Shown: in pieces, positions 1 to 10,182 of the stretch
How the letters are laid out: each line of letters starts with the position of its first letter
Numbering within the stretch: the stretch's first letter is position 1
NCBI GenBank assembly: GCA_002719095.1
Contig: PBGO01000024.1
Span: 1 to 62,528, forward strand
DNA: 62,528 nucleotides
From: Fidelibacterota bacterium
GTDB taxonomy: Bacteria; Fidelibacterota; Marinisomatia; SCGC-AAA003-L08; D37C17
Reading direction: 5' to 3'
Made by a program: the position numbers and the translations under genes
Notes under the pieces: model-generated
The model's database searches: none
Told to the model about the DNA's origin: nothing
The model's input: the letters and a program-made list of their open reading frames with translations, nothing else

Positions 1-498
1 ATAAATATTTTCATTATTTAAAGTATCTTGAAGATCTCTATTGGTGTTATTGAGCTTAATGAAAACTTTTTGAATTGTCATTAAATCATTTGAGTTATTT
101 GAATATTGGTCCAGAAAGTTAATATGCTCTGATGAAACAAGAAGTTTGTTTGAATCATGCTGTTTCTGGAATTGAAACAATTTGCTACTTAAAGATATAA
201 TTTCCGATTTAGTAGATTTTTTATCATTTACCAAATAGATAGATTTCTTCTTAAAGTATCTTCTTGAAATTGATAAATTTTCACCTTCAAATTGAAATTG
301 ACCTAAGATTTCAAGCTTTTTTTCTTTATTCCGCAAGAAGTTTATACTTAAGTAACCTCCAAAAAGTATATCAATGGCATTAAGTATTAGTGATTTCCCT
401 GAACCAGTTTCTCCAGTGATAACATTAAGACCATCTGTAAATGTAGCCTCGAGTGAATCAATTATAGCAAAATTTTCAATTTTTATTTTTTTTATCAT
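1..498 (-). CDS. recN: DNA repair protein RecN, N-terminal part (runs off window)
   Basis: Manual translation from ATG at 498: MIKKIKIENFAIIDSLEATFTDGLNVITGETGSGKSLILNAI, the RecN Walker A region; absent from ORF track because truncated. Confidence 0.93.
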   Translation of the reverse strand, partial: MIKKIKIENFAIIDSLEATFTDGLNVITGETGSGKSLILNAIDILFGGYLSINFLRNKEKKLEILGQFQFEGENLSISRRYFKKKSIYLVNDKKSTKSEIISLSSKLFQFQKQHDSNKLLVSSEHINFLDQYSNNSNDLMTIQKVFIKLNNTNRDLQDTLNNENIY

Positions 499-844
499 AA
501 TAATTAGTTGCTAATATTGAAATAAATATGCCTGTGTACAAACCTATAAGATTAAATAAGAAATCTAAATGGTCCACAGTCCTTCCAGAAATGTGCTGTA
601 CAAAATATTCATCTAAATAAGCAATTGAAAGGACTAATATATAAAATATTTTAAATATATTACTCTTTTTATTTACTGCCAACACTAGCAAATATCCCAA
701 TATAAGGTATTCAAAAAAGTGAAATATCTTATCAATTCCAAATTGATGAATTTTTCCAATGAAGCCATGACCAGGAATAGATGATATACTAAATATTAAA
801 ATTATATAAAGGAATAAAACGATATTTTTATAAACAGAGTTCAT
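476..844 (-). CDS. VanZ-family membrane protein
   Basis: DKIFHFFEYLILG, DEYFVQHISGRTVDHLDFLFN motifs typical of VanZ. Confidence 0.85.
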   Translation of the reverse strand: MNSVYKNIVLFLYIILIFSISSIPGHGFIGKIHQFGIDKIFHFFEYLILGYLLVLAVNKKSNIFKIFYILVLSIAYLDEYFVQHISGRTVDHLDFLFNLIGLYTGIFISILATNYYDKKNKN

Positions 845-2327
845 TTAGCGCAATTGGTATTGTTTTAATCAAATCGCTTGGAGACATTGAATACTTTGAT
901 TTCTTTCTTGAGAATATTTGACTACAAAATCCATGAACATAGGTTGCTATCATTGTTGAATTATCAACGCCATATCCTCTAGAAAGGAAACCTAATATCA
1001 TTCCTGCAAGAACATCACCTGAACCAGCTGATGCAAGTGAACTTTGACCATTATTTATAAATGATATATCACCTTTCGAAGATATAATGATATTTACTGG
1101 TCCTTTAATTAGCAACACCCTCGAATCAAGAATGGGTATTATTGATTTACAAAACTCAATAATATCATCTTTTTTAAAATTTGGAAATATCTTTTTTAAT
1201 TCACCCTCATGAGGTGTCATAATACATTTTTTAGGTAAATCGTCTATTGACATACTCCTGTACAATGGTTCAAATCCAGAAGCATCTAATACACATTCAG
1301 AATTCTCTGATTTAATACAAGCAAGTAAATTTTGGATTAGTTTTGAGGTTGTCTCTAGTTTTCCTAATCCAGGGCCAATTAATACTGGTGATTTTTTTTT
1401 AACAAATCCTAATTTCAAAATCTCTTTTAAATCGCTTTCAATTAAATAGTTACCTTTACCAACATAGTTATTTACGGCTCCATCGTTAGAAGAAATTATA
1501 TTACTTATATTTTGTGGCATAAAAGTCTTAAGATATCCCGCTCCAGTTACAAGTGCAGATTTAATTGACAAAGCAGCAGCGCCTGGATAAGTTTTGGAAC
1601 CAACTATAGAATTGCATGGTTGATCGTATTTATTCCTTAGTGAATTATCTTGCTTTACAATCTTTTTTATGTCCGAGTGTTCAATCAACTTGGTGCTAAA
1701 ATTATCTGTATCTGGAAGTCCAATATCAAGAATTTTTGTTCTTGAAAAATTTTTTTTTCCAAAATTAATTATATCTGAATATTTGTAATTTCCCATTGAT
1801 AAGATGAATTTTGGTTCAACAAAAGTATCGGAAATATTTTTTCCAGAATCGCAATGAATTCCAGACGGAATATCTAAAGAAATAACATTTTTATTTTTAA
1901 TTAAATTAATAATTTTTTTATACTTTCCGATTACAACTTTATTTAGACCAATACCAAAAATACCATCAATGTACCAATCATAAGATTTAAAAATATTAAT
2001 TTCAGTTGTAAGCAAAGTTTCTTCAAAAGAAATATTATATTGATTCATCACTTTTTTTGATTTAGCATAATCGAAAATATATAAATCTACCTCAACACCA
2101 TATTCTTTCATATAATGGTACATAATAATAGCATCTGCTCCATTATTACCTTTACCAGCAAGAACCAGTGTTTTTTTATTAAAAGGGTTATTAATTTTTT
2201 CTAAAAAAAATTGTGCAGATAGCTTACCTGCATTATCCATTAATTTTTCATATGAAATAAATTTACTTTGAATAGCAAATTCATCAAGTTTCTTTGCTTC
2301 ATATTTTGATAGTACATTAAAGCTCAT
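828..2327 (-). CDS. nnr: Bifunctional NAD(P)H-hydrate epimerase/dehydratase (YjeF)
   Basis: LMDNAG, GKGNNGAD, DGIFGIG, SLDIPSG, TPHEGE, LASAGSGDVLAG motifs. Confidence 0.93.
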   Translation of the reverse strand: MSFNVLSKYEAKKLDEFAIQSKFISYEKLMDNAGKLSAQFFLEKINNPFNKKTLVLAGKGNNGADAIIMYHYMKEYGVEVDLYIFDYAKSKKVMNQYNISFEETLLTTEINIFKSYDWYIDGIFGIGLNKVVIGKYKKIINLIKNKNVISLDIPSGIHCDSGKNISDTFVEPKFILSMGNYKYSDIINFGKKNFSRTKILDIGLPDTDNFSTKLIEHSDIKKIVKQDNSLRNKYDQPCNSIVGSKTYPGAAALSIKSALVTGAGYLKTFMPQNISNIISSNDGAVNNYVGKGNYLIESDLKEILKLGFVKKKSPVLIGPGLGKLETTSKLIQNLLACIKSENSECVLDASGFEPLYRSMSIDDLPKKCIMTPHEGELKKIFPNFKKDDIIEFCKSIIPILDSRVLLIKGPVNIIISSKGDISFINNGQSSLASAGSGDVLAGMILGFLSRGYGVDNSTMIATYVHGFCSQIFSRKKSKYSMSPSDLIKTIPIALNELCL

Positions 2328-2689
2328 TATATATCAATTAAAGCAATTGCAGTAGCATGTTTAGTTGTATGAGAAATTGATAAAGATATATACTTATATT
2401 CATTTGTATTTAATTTCATTATTCGGACATATGGCTCGCCATTTTTTTTATTTAGAATTTCAATATCTTTTGGAAAAATATTACTACCAATCATAGCTGA
2501 ACAAAGAGCTTTCTTTACTGCTTCCTTGGAAGAAAATTTACCAGATAAATGAATAATTTTATTTTTTTTGTTGATTACATTTTTAATTTCTGCATCAGAA
2601 AAAATTTTTTTAAGAAAATGATTATCGAATTTTATAAAAATTTTTTTAATTCTGTCAATTTCGACTATATCATTGCCAACAAAAATCAT
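2327..2689 (-). CDS. acpS: Holo-[acyl-carrier-protein] synthase
   Basis: GNDIVEIDRI, FSSKEAVKKAL, SISHT motifs. Confidence 0.95.
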   Translation of the reverse strand: MIFVGNDIVEIDRIKKIFIKFDNHFLKKIFSDAEIKNVINKKNKIIHLSGKFSSKEAVKKALCSAMIGSNIFPKDIEILNKKNGEPYVRIMKLNTNEYKYISLSISHTTKHATAIALIDI

Positions 2690-3372
2690 TTTTGATTTAC
2701 AGTTTTAACGTAGTCAACAATCTCACTTATATCATTAAGAATAATATCCGCATCAACTTTCTTAAGCTTATTTGATGAATTACCATATTTAGCAAAAGCA
2801 GTTTTCATACCAACGCGTTGAGCGCCGTAAATATCTTTCTCAGGCCAATCACCAACCATAATGCTTTCATGGGGTTTAATTTTAAAATGATTTAGTATCA
2901 TTTCAAATGGTATTTTAGATGGTTTTTTATATCCTGAATCATCAAAGGTTATAACACTATCAAAAATATCATGAAAATTAACAGAATACAACCTTGTCCA
3001 AGCTTCTCTTTTTGGAGCATCAGTTATAAGTCCAAGCTTTAAACCAAGTTTAGAAATATCAATTAGTGTTTTATTAGAATTTGGATAAGCAATTAAAGCT
3101 TCTTCTTTTGCTCTTCTGTATGATACTATTCCCGCAGCAAGTATTTTGTAGTCAATCTTATTACATTCACTTTTAATAAATTGATTTAGAACTTCCTGAT
3201 ATTCATATCCTTGTTGGTCATAAATATTGTATATTTTTTTTTTTGCTTCTTCAAAAGGTAATTTTAAACCTGATTCAATCATACCTGTAACTGCAGCTTT
3301 CACAGCTTGATTTTTCATATGCATGAAATCTATCAAAGTATTATCTAAATCAAAAATTACAGCTTTTATCAT
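2686..3372 (-). CDS. HAD-superfamily hydrolase, subfamily IA
   Basis: FDLDNTL motif I, KKP, MVGDWPEKDIYGA motif IV. Confidence 0.88.
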   Translation of the reverse strand: MIKAVIFDLDNTLIDFMHMKNQAVKAAVTGMIESGLKLPFEEAKKKIYNIYDQQGYEYQEVLNQFIKSECNKIDYKILAAGIVSYRRAKEEALIAYPNSNKTLIDISKLGLKLGLITDAPKREAWTRLYSVNFHDIFDSVITFDDSGYKKPSKIPFEMILNHFKIKPHESIMVGDWPEKDIYGAQRVGMKTAFAKYGNSSNKLKKVDADIILNDISEIVDYVKTVNQK

Positions 3373-3382
3373 AAGACTATGA

Positions 3383-4705
3383 TTAATTAAGTTCTTTTTT
3401 AATTAAATCAATTTCGTACTGAGCAATTTTTCTCCATTTACTCGATTTCTTTGCATTTTTAAAAGCTTCCATAGCAGCAATTCTATTACCAAGACCTTTT
3501 TCTGCAACGCCAAGTTCATAATACGCATCTGGATAACTTCTCTTAACTTTTATACAATCTTTAGCATACTTTTTTGCTAGATCAAATTTTAATAAGTTAT
3601 TATATACAGATGATAATCTTGCCATAACTTTATAATTTCTCCGATCATATGTTATAGCTTGCTCATAATAATATAAGGCTTTTGTGTATTCTTTAGAATT
3701 ACCGCTATCGGCAATATTTTGAAAGATTACTCCAATAGTCTCGTATGCTTTGGCATAATCTTTTTTTAAATCTATTGCTTTTTCTAGATACTCCAAGGAT
3801 TTTTCAATATTATTTTCACTAAAATAAATTTGACCAACAGCTAAATATGCTTTTTCATAATCTTGATTAACATCAATAGCTTTGAGATAATTTTGGAGAG
3901 CCAGTTCTCTCTTGTCTAATCTTTTCTGAACGTCACCAATAAGTTTGAATGCTTCGAAATGAGTGTCATCTAAACTTAATAGTTGATTTAATATTTTTTC
4001 AGATTCAGAATATTCTTTTAGAAAAAATAAGGCTTTTGAAATTTTGAATTGTAACGCAATTTTCTTTTGAAAATCTATCTCGGTTTCATTACTACTCAAA
4101 TTATTAAATGCAAACATATACTGATTTTTTGCACTACTAAAATCTCTCATAGAGTAATATTCATCTCCATCTGAAATGAACTTACCGATTATAAAATTCA
4201 TAGATAATCTGTATTTTTCTCTGAAAGGATTAATTTGAACTGCTTTCTTAAATGAAGAGAGTGCACTTTCATAGTTTTCTTCTTGCTGATGCAACTTGCC
4301 TATACTATAATCTACTAATCCACAATTTGCGAAGTTTAATGCTTTCAAATCATCAACTGCACCCAAATAGTCTCCTCCCTCTTGGTATTTCTTTAAAGCT
4401 ATCTCAATATCTTTACGCATTCTTACAATTCTATCCCATTCATCTCTATAAGATTTAATATCTTCTAAAGATATTGCTTTTTTAAGGTATTTGATAGACT
4501 TGTCAAAATCATCTATTTTTAAAGCTATTTCAGATGCGGACTTATAAAAAGTATGATCAAGGTTTATACTTTTTTTAATGGCATCATCAGCCAAGTCAAT
4601 AACTTTAAGATAATCTCCATTACTTTTTAGAATGAATAGGCTATCCGAGTAATTATTAGTAAAGATATATCCAATTAACAAAAAAATTATAATTTTCATA
4701 TACAT
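3383..4705 (-). CDS. Exported tetratricopeptide-repeat protein
   Basis: Multiple TPR units and N-terminal hydrophobic signal; start moved to ATG 4705 (GGAG upstream) because the ORF-track start lies inside tRNA-Leu. Confidence 0.8.
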   Translation of the reverse strand: MYMKIIIFLLIGYIFTNNYSDSLFILKSNGDYLKVIDLADDAIKKSINLDHTFYKSASEIALKIDDFDKSIKYLKKAISLEDIKSYRDEWDRIVRMRKDIEIALKKYQEGGDYLGAVDDLKALNFANCGLVDYSIGKLHQQEENYESALSSFKKAVQINPFREKYRLSMNFIIGKFISDGDEYYSMRDFSSAKNQYMFAFNNLSSNETEIDFQKKIALQFKISKALFFLKEYSESEKILNQLLSLDDTHFEAFKLIGDVQKRLDKRELALQNYLKAIDVNQDYEKAYLAVGQIYFSENNIEKSLEYLEKAIDLKKDYAKAYETIGVIFQNIADSGNSKEYTKALYYYEQAITYDRRNYKVMARLSSVYNNLLKFDLAKKYAKDCIKVKRSYPDAYYELGVAEKGLGNRIAAMEAFKNAKKSSKWRKIAQYEIDLIKKELN

Positions 4706-4717
4706 AACTCCGTTTTG

Positions 4718-4801
4718 TGCTGAAGGCGGGACTTGAACCCGCACGAGATTTCTCTCACTGCCCCCTCAAGACAGCGTGTCTACCAGTTCCACCACTTCAG
4801 C
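4718..4801 (-). tRNA. tRNA-Leu(GAG)
   Basis: GCTGAAGTGGTGGAACTGGTAGACACGCTGTCTTGAGGGGGCAG...GGTTCAAGTCCCGCCTTCAGCA; long variable arm; typical position after secG. Confidence 0.95.
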
Positions 4802-4806
4802 AGTTA

Positions 4807-5031
4807 TTAGTTCAAATATGATAAAACAATAGCTATGGTCATATAAAGAAATGCCAAGCCAACTGTTATACGTACTAAGAGTTTATCTGCTTCGGCAGAA
4901 CCGAGAGCAGAGTTAAGAGCAGTATTACCTGCCATTCCAGCTCCCATTCCTGATTTACTACTTTGAATTAAAATTATACCGACTAACATAATGCATATCA
5001 GTATGAAAACTACTAGAAAAAAATAAAACAT
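4807..5031 (-). CDS. secG: Preprotein translocase subunit SecG
   Basis: Two TM segments, ILIQSSKSGMG linker; tpiA-secG-tRNA-Leu synteny. Confidence 0.9.
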   Translation of the reverse strand: MFYFFLVVFILICIMLVGIILIQSSKSGMGAGMAGNTALNSALGSAEADKLLVRITVGLAFLYMTIAIVLSYLN

Positions 5032-5035
5032 ATTG

Positions 5036-5782
5036 TTATCCTTTATTTGTTTTAATTAAATCCCAAAAATCATCAGGATTTAAAGAAGCACCTCCAATTA
5101 AAAAACCATCTAAACTGCTAATATTAATAATACATGATAAATTACTCATATTAACACTTCCTCCATACAAAATATAAAATTGATCATTATTATAACCTAA
5201 CTTATTCATTTGAAATTTAATTTCAGTATTTACATCTGATATATCATCATTATTTGCTGCTTTTCCAGTTCCAATAGCCCATACAGGCTCATATGCAATC
5301 AAAATTCTTTTAAAGGTTTTAATATTTTTTAAGCCTTTTTGTATTTGTTTTTTTATAACATTTTGTGTCTCTTTATTTTCTTTTTCAATTAAAGTTTCTC
5401 CAACGCACAAGATAGGATTTATATCATTCGAAATAAGTTCTTTAATTTTATGATTTATCTGTTCATCAGTTTCATTGAAAAGTAATCGCCTCTCTGAATG
5501 ACCAACTATACAATATCTAGCCCCTGCATGATGTATCATTCTTGCTGATATTTCTCCGGTGTTATTGAGATTTGTAAAATGACTAATATTTTGAGAACCA
5601 ACCATAATACTGTTTAAATTATTTTTTTTAAGATATTTTACAAAATCAATAATATCTATAAAAGATGGACAAAAAATTACTTTTTTATCTTTATCATCTC
5701 TATACAAAGTGACAAATCTTTTAACAAAGTTTTTAAAATCACCACTTGCATTGTTCATTTTCCAATTTGCTACAAATATCAA
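5036..5782 (-). CDS. tpiA: Triosephosphate isomerase
   Basis: ANWKMN, GHSERR, AYEPVWAIGTG, YGGSV, GGASL; TTG start. Confidence 0.97.
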   Translation of the reverse strand: MIFVANWKMNNASGDFKNFVKRFVTLYRDDKDKKVIFCPSFIDIIDFVKYLKKNNLNSIMVGSQNISHFTNLNNTGEISARMIHHAGARYCIVGHSERRLLFNETDEQINHKIKELISNDINPILCVGETLIEKENKETQNVIKKQIQKGLKNIKTFKRILIAYEPVWAIGTGKAANNDDISDVNTEIKFQMNKLGYNNDQFYILYGGSVNMSNLSCIINISSLDGFLIGGASLNPDDFWDLIKTNKG

Positions 5783-6949
5783 CTACACATCCTCCATTGA
5801 TTTAATCGCCGGTAAAACTTCACCAGAAAGTAAACTAAGACAGGAACCACCTCCTGTTGAAACATGAGTAAATTCATTAAATTCCTCTCTTTCAAGTAAA
5901 GAGCTGGTATCCCCTCCGCCAAGTATGCTGATTAAACCATTTTTTGTATACTTTTTTAACAATTCCATTATCTTAAATGTTCCTTTAGAAAATTCTTTTT
6001 TTTCTACTATACCCATTGGCCCGTTCCAAATCACACAGCTGGCATCTTTAATAATACTATTAAACTCTATCAATGTTTGAGGACCGATATCTGCAGCTAT
6101 ATCAAAGTCATTAATTTCATATACTTTTCTAGTTACTTCCTCAGGTTTGAAAACACTCTTTGAACAAATCAAATCACAAGGCAAAACTATTTTTTTATTT
6201 TTCGATAGTATACTTTTTGCAATCTCTGTTGACTTCGATTCTATAAGAGATTTGCCTACTTTGAGTCCCTTTGCCAACAAAAAATTATTAGCCATCGCTC
6301 CTCCAATCAAAATTTTATCCGCTATAGACTCAAATCTATCAATAATTTTGATTTTATCAGATATTTTAGAACCGCCAAGAATTAAAATAATCTTTTTTTG
6401 TTGACTGAAAAAATTTGATGATAAATATTTGAGTTCTTTTGCAAATAAAAACCCAAAATACTTATTATCAAAAAATTTTGAAACACCAACGTTTGATGCG
6501 TGTTTCCTGTGAGCTGTGCCAAAAGCATCATTAATAAAGATATCTGCATGTCTAGATAATTGTTTACTAAAGAGTAAATCACATTGTTTTTCTTCTTCAT
6601 GAAATCTTAAATTTTCTAAAACATGGACTTCTCCCGAATTCATGTTATTTGAAACATTTAGCGCCTCACTTGAAATACAATCATTACTAAAAAATACTTT
6701 GGTATTTAATCGTGATTTTAAATATAAATAAACTTTATAAAGTGATAAAGCACTCTCTTTAGCTTTTGGCCTTCCCATGTGCGAAGCTAATACAATTTTT
6801 GCTCCATGATTAATACAAAAATTTATTGTCTCAAGCGATGAATCTAATCTAAAAGTATTTATGATTTCACCATTTTTCATTGGGACATTGAAATCTGCTC
6901 TTATTAAAACGGTTTTATTTTTAACGTTTACATTCAAAAGATCATTCAT
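5783..6949 (-). CDS. pgk: Phosphoglycerate kinase
   Basis: RADFNVP, SHMGRP, LENLRF, NDAFGTAHR, WNGPMG, STGGG; start set at ATG 6949. Confidence 0.97.
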   Translation of the reverse strand: MNDLLNVNVKNKTVLIRADFNVPMKNGEIINTFRLDSSLETINFCINHGAKIVLASHMGRPKAKESALSLYKVYLYLKSRLNTKVFFSNDCISSEALNVSNNMNSGEVHVLENLRFHEEEKQCDLLFSKQLSRHADIFINDAFGTAHRKHASNVGVSKFFDNKYFGFLFAKELKYLSSNFFSQQKKIILILGGSKISDKIKIIDRFESIADKILIGGAMANNFLLAKGLKVGKSLIESKSTEIAKSILSKNKKIVLPCDLICSKSVFKPEEVTRKVYEINDFDIAADIGPQTLIEFNSIIKDASCVIWNGPMGIVEKKEFSKGTFKIMELLKKYTKNGLISILGGGDTSSLLEREEFNEFTHVSTGGGSCLSLLSGEVLPAIKSMEDV

Positions 6950-6954
6950 GTTCT

Positions 6955-7296
6955 TTAACCTGGAGGCCAATTAAGTTTCTTGCCTGCAATCATATGCATA
7001 TGTAGATGATAGACTGTCTGTCCGCCATTTTCATTACAATTAATTACTAATCTATATCCATCTTTTGCAATTTTCTTTTTTTTAGCGATATCTCTTGCGA
7101 CAATAAACATTTTACCAATTAAATTAGAATCGTTTTCTGAGATTTCATTTATAGATCTTATCTTTTTTTTAGGAATAATTAGAAAATGAATCGGAGCGCA
7201 GGGATTTACATCCTCAAAAGCCAAAATATGGTCATCCTCAAAAATAATATTTGAATTTAACTCTTTATTGATAATTTTTGTAAAAATCGTATCCAA
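6955..7296 (-). CDS. hinT: HIT-family nucleotide hydrolase (HinT-like)
   Basis: GQTVYHLHMH histidine triad, C-terminal WPPG. Confidence 0.92.
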   Translation of the reverse strand: MDTIFTKIINKELNSNIIFEDDHILAFEDVNPCAPIHFLIIPKKKIRSINEISENDSNLIGKMFIVARDIAKKKKIAKDGYRLVINCNENGGQTVYHLHMHMIAGKKLNWPPG

Positions 7297-7309
7297 TTGT
7301 ATTAATTGA

Positions 7310-7486
7310 TTATTTTTCTAACTCTTCAAAATCTGCATCTTGAACAAATTCAGTATCAATATTAATTTTCTTATTTCGAATATTTTTATTTTTGATATCT
7401 TTTTTTCTAAAAGCAAATTTAATAGTTTGTAATAGTTTTATTAAAATAATTAATAACGCGAAAAAGATAGTTAGTTTAACTAACAC
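7310..7486 (-). CDS. Small single-TM protein, 58 aa (not in ORF track)
   Basis: GTG start; MLVKLTIFFALLIILIKLLQTIKFAFRKKDIKNKNIRNKKINIDTEFVQDADFEELEK; fills the gap between the kinase gene and hinT. Confidence 0.7.
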   Translation of the reverse strand: MLVKLTIFFALLIILIKLLQTIKFAFRKKDIKNKNIRNKKINIDTEFVQDADFEELEK

Positions 7487-7491
7487 TTTAA

Positions 7492-8136
7492 TTAACCTAT
7501 ACTATGTTGAGGATTAAAAAACTTTGTTCCAGAGAACGGAGTTTTAACAACTTCTAGAATTTGATTCAAATCATTTTGATTGTCAACAAAATCAATATTA
7601 TTTGTATTAATAACTAATAAATTTCCCTTATCATACCTTAAAAAAAACTGATTATAAACATCATTAAGTTGAGAAAGGTATTCCCAGTCAATGTCTCGCT
7701 CATAAGACCTTCCTCTTTTACTTATATTATCCATTAATCTATCGACATCTGATTGTAAAAAAATTACTAAATCAGGATATGTTACATTTTTTTCAAATAT
7801 CGTAGCAAGCTTTTGATATAAAATCATCTCATTATCATCTAAACTTGTTTGAGCGAACAACTTATCTTTAGCAAACATATAATCCGAAACAATTTTATCA
7901 GAAAACAAATTAACTTGCTGAAGTTGAATCTGTTGGTAATACCTTGAAATTAAAAAGTTAATTTGTGTTTGAAATGCCCATCTTTTAGGATCTTTATAAA
8001 ATTCTGTGAGAAAAGGATTGTCTTCAAATTCTTCTAAAACTAATCTCCCTTGTATATGATTTGCAAGTATTCGAGCTAGACTAGTTTTCCCTACCCCAAT
8101 TGTGCCCTCAACAGCTATATGATATATCTTTTTCAT
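7492..8136 (-). CDS. Deoxynucleoside kinase (dAK/dGK family)
   Basis: IAVEGTIGVGKT P-loop, AFQTQINFL, RGRSYE lid. Confidence 0.92.
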   Translation of the reverse strand: MKKIYHIAVEGTIGVGKTSLARILANHIQGRLVLEEFEDNPFLTEFYKDPKRWAFQTQINFLISRYYQQIQLQQVNLFSDKIVSDYMFAKDKLFAQTSLDDNEMILYQKLATIFEKNVTYPDLVIFLQSDVDRLMDNISKRGRSYERDIDWEYLSQLNDVYNQFFLRYDKGNLLVINTNNIDFVDNQNDLNQILEVVKTPFSGTKFFNPQHSIG

Positions 8137-8641
8137 TTATATTGTATTTACACTTTCTAATTTTATCACATTTTTTTCTTAAATCTGTTATTAAATCTTT
8201 AATTTTTTTTCCACTTCCGGGCATACTGATGTTACCTTTAAGCTCAAAAATTGGTACTAGAACGAATTTTCTATCAAAAATACCTAAATGAGGTATTCTT
8301 AAAGCCTCGCTTTCTATTGATTCTTCTCCATACAGCAATATATCAATATCAATTTTTCTGGGTTGATTTCTTTTAGAATTCTTAGTTCTTCCAAGTTCAA
8401 ACTCCAAAGATTGTGTAACTTTAAGTAATGTATGTGGTTCAATAGTTGTTTCAATTTCAACAACACAATTAATGAAATTTTTCTGATCAAGATTATACAT
8501 TGGTGAAGTCTCATAAAGTGAAGATGATCCAATCAAATAAATGTTATCAGTATTTTTTATTAACTTAATACAGCTCATAATTCGTTCTTTTCTGGGGGAT
8601 ATATTTGAACCTAAAGATAATAATACTTTTTTACTTTTCAT
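8108..8641 (-). CDS. folK: 2-amino-4-hydroxy-6-hydroxymethyldihydropteridine diphosphokinase
   Basis: LSLGSN, SSLYET, PRKIDIDIL, IPH, RKFVLVP. Confidence 0.95.
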   Translation of the reverse strand: MKSKKVLLSLGSNISPRKERIMSCIKLIKNTDNIYLIGSSSLYETSPMYNLDQKNFINCVVEIETTIEPHTLLKVTQSLEFELGRTKNSKRNQPRKIDIDILLYGEESIESEALRIPHLGIFDRKFVLVPIFELKGNISMPGSGKKIKDLITDLRKKCDKIRKCKYNINEKDISYSC

Positions 8642-9026
8642 TTGAATTGTGCTCTACTTCTACATAAGGGACATTCATACCTATTGGATTAAATTTTCTA
8701 ATTCTAATACAAATATTGTCTAATATTAAATTACCATTAATGTTTTTTTTCTCATAATAACTATTAATACTATAAGCAGTTTTTATTGCTAATTCCTCTA
8801 AAAGATTATAGTTATTTAGATTAAATTCTTTCCTCACAATATCTACAATTTCAGCGTAATCAATAGTTGTCTTTAAATTGTCACTGCCTCTTAGTGACTT
8901 GTGTCTTGACAAAAGAATTTTAATGGATATATCAAATTCTTGACCCTTAGATTTTTCTTGTTGATAGCATCCATGATATCCATAAATTTTGATATTAGGT
9001 ATTCTTATTGTTAATCTATCGCTCAT
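8631..9026 (-). CDS. folB: Dihydroneopterin aldolase
   Basis: YGYHGC..EK..GQEF, TIDY, LLEELA; adjacent to folK. Confidence 0.92.
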   Translation of the reverse strand: MSDRLTIRIPNIKIYGYHGCYQQEKSKGQEFDISIKILLSRHKSLRGSDNLKTTIDYAEIVDIVRKEFNLNNYNLLEELAIKTAYSINSYYEKKNINGNLILDNICIRIRKFNPIGMNVPYVEVEHNSNEK

Positions 9027-9625
9027 AATTTTTGCATTTCAACAAATACTTCGTTTCCAATCCTTGGCTTAATAGAATCAGGATTAGGATTAAAATTTAT
9101 AATTTTGAATTTTTCTTCAAACATTGGCAGTACTGTATCAATATTGACATGAAAAGGCGGGCCAGAAGATTCTCTAGTTGGTTTTTTAGTTGGAAAAAAA
9201 AGAGCTAAGCAAACAGCTTTTTTGTACAGAATACTACTAACAACATCAATATAATTTTTTCTTTTATTTTTTGGTATAGCACAAAAACATGTATACTCTA
9301 TAACAATATCAAAAAAATTATTATACTTCAAGCTTAAATTGAATATATTCTCTTTTACAGGAAATAAATTATTTATATGATTTTCTTTTTTCAGTTTATA
9401 AAGATAATCAATAGGACTAGATGCAAAATCAACAGCAAAAACTTTATGCCCTTTTTCTGATAAGTAGATGGCATCTTTTGAATAGCCACACCCAAGAATA
9501 CAAATTTTTTTATTTATTGAATGGTTTATTGACTTTATAATTTCAGGTGTTGTAGTTCCTGTATCCCAAGGAGTATCATCCAATTCATACTTATCTTGCC
9601 AGAAATCTGGTTCTGAAATTTTCAT
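9023..9625 (-). CDS. Thiopurine/thiol S-methyltransferase-like SAM methyltransferase
   Basis: FWQDKY..DDTPWD, LGCG, IEYTCFCAI, GPPF motifs of the TPMT/HMT family. Confidence 0.85.
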   Translation of the reverse strand: MKISEPDFWQDKYELDDTPWDTGTTTPEIIKSINHSINKKICILGCGYSKDAIYLSEKGHKVFAVDFASSPIDYLYKLKKENHINNLFPVKENIFNLSLKYNNFFDIVIEYTCFCAIPKNKRKNYIDVVSSILYKKAVCLALFFPTKKPTRESSGPPFHVNIDTVLPMFEEKFKIINFNPNPDSIKPRIGNEVFVEMQKL

Positions 9626-9825
9626 TAGGGATTAATTCTAAATATATTAGAGGCAGACGGACCTTTTTGAGTTTGAACCACATCAAATTTCACTGAATCT
9701 CCTAAGCTTATTTTTTGACCAGCTCTTAGATTGGCAACATTAAAAAAATAATCATCACCTTCTAATGTTTCAATAAATCCCCACCCATTATTAATATCGT
9801 AGTGTTTTACTTTTCCAAGTAACAT
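9625..9825 (-). CDS. Cold-shock domain protein
   Basis: GKVK, GWGFI (RNP1-like), KGPSASNI. Confidence 0.88.
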   Translation of the reverse strand: MLLGKVKHYDINNGWGFIETLEGDDYFFNVANLRAGQKISLGDSVKFDVVQTQKGPSASNIFRINP

Positions 9826-10175
9826 TACTTTGTATTTTTAAATCCTATTTTTGAGGCATCTAGCAATCCTGGAAAATCAAAACCTTCTCTATCAGGGAAA
9901 TGCATTATTGTCTTAATATTACCCCAAGTTGCGAGGAATACTCCATCGATGAGCTCTTCTTTTCTTTGACTCTCAGGCAGTGGCTTCCCTTTTTTGTCAA
10001 GAGTCTTGACTTTTAAAATCCCAGGGTGCTTCAACCAAATCCCTATGTGGTCGTGACCCATTACTTTGTAGTAGCCTTCAATATCATTAATTCCTAACGG
10101 GGAAAGTTTTTCATTGAAAATAACAAATACAATGTCATTTACAATAAATTCCATTGTGTAATACTTTGAAGACAT
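9825..10175 (-). CDS. Hypothetical protein (possible Sm/Hfq-like fold)
   Basis: Clean ORF coupled to the csp gene; beta-strand pattern GYYKVMGHDHIGIWL...LATWGNIKTI. Confidence 0.6.
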   Translation of the reverse strand: MSSKYYTMEFIVNDIVFVIFNEKLSPLGINDIEGYYKVMGHDHIGIWLKHPGILKVKTLDKKGKPLPESQRKEELIDGVFLATWGNIKTIMHFPDREGFDFPGLLDASKIGFKNTK

Positions 10176-10182
10176 AAATGAT

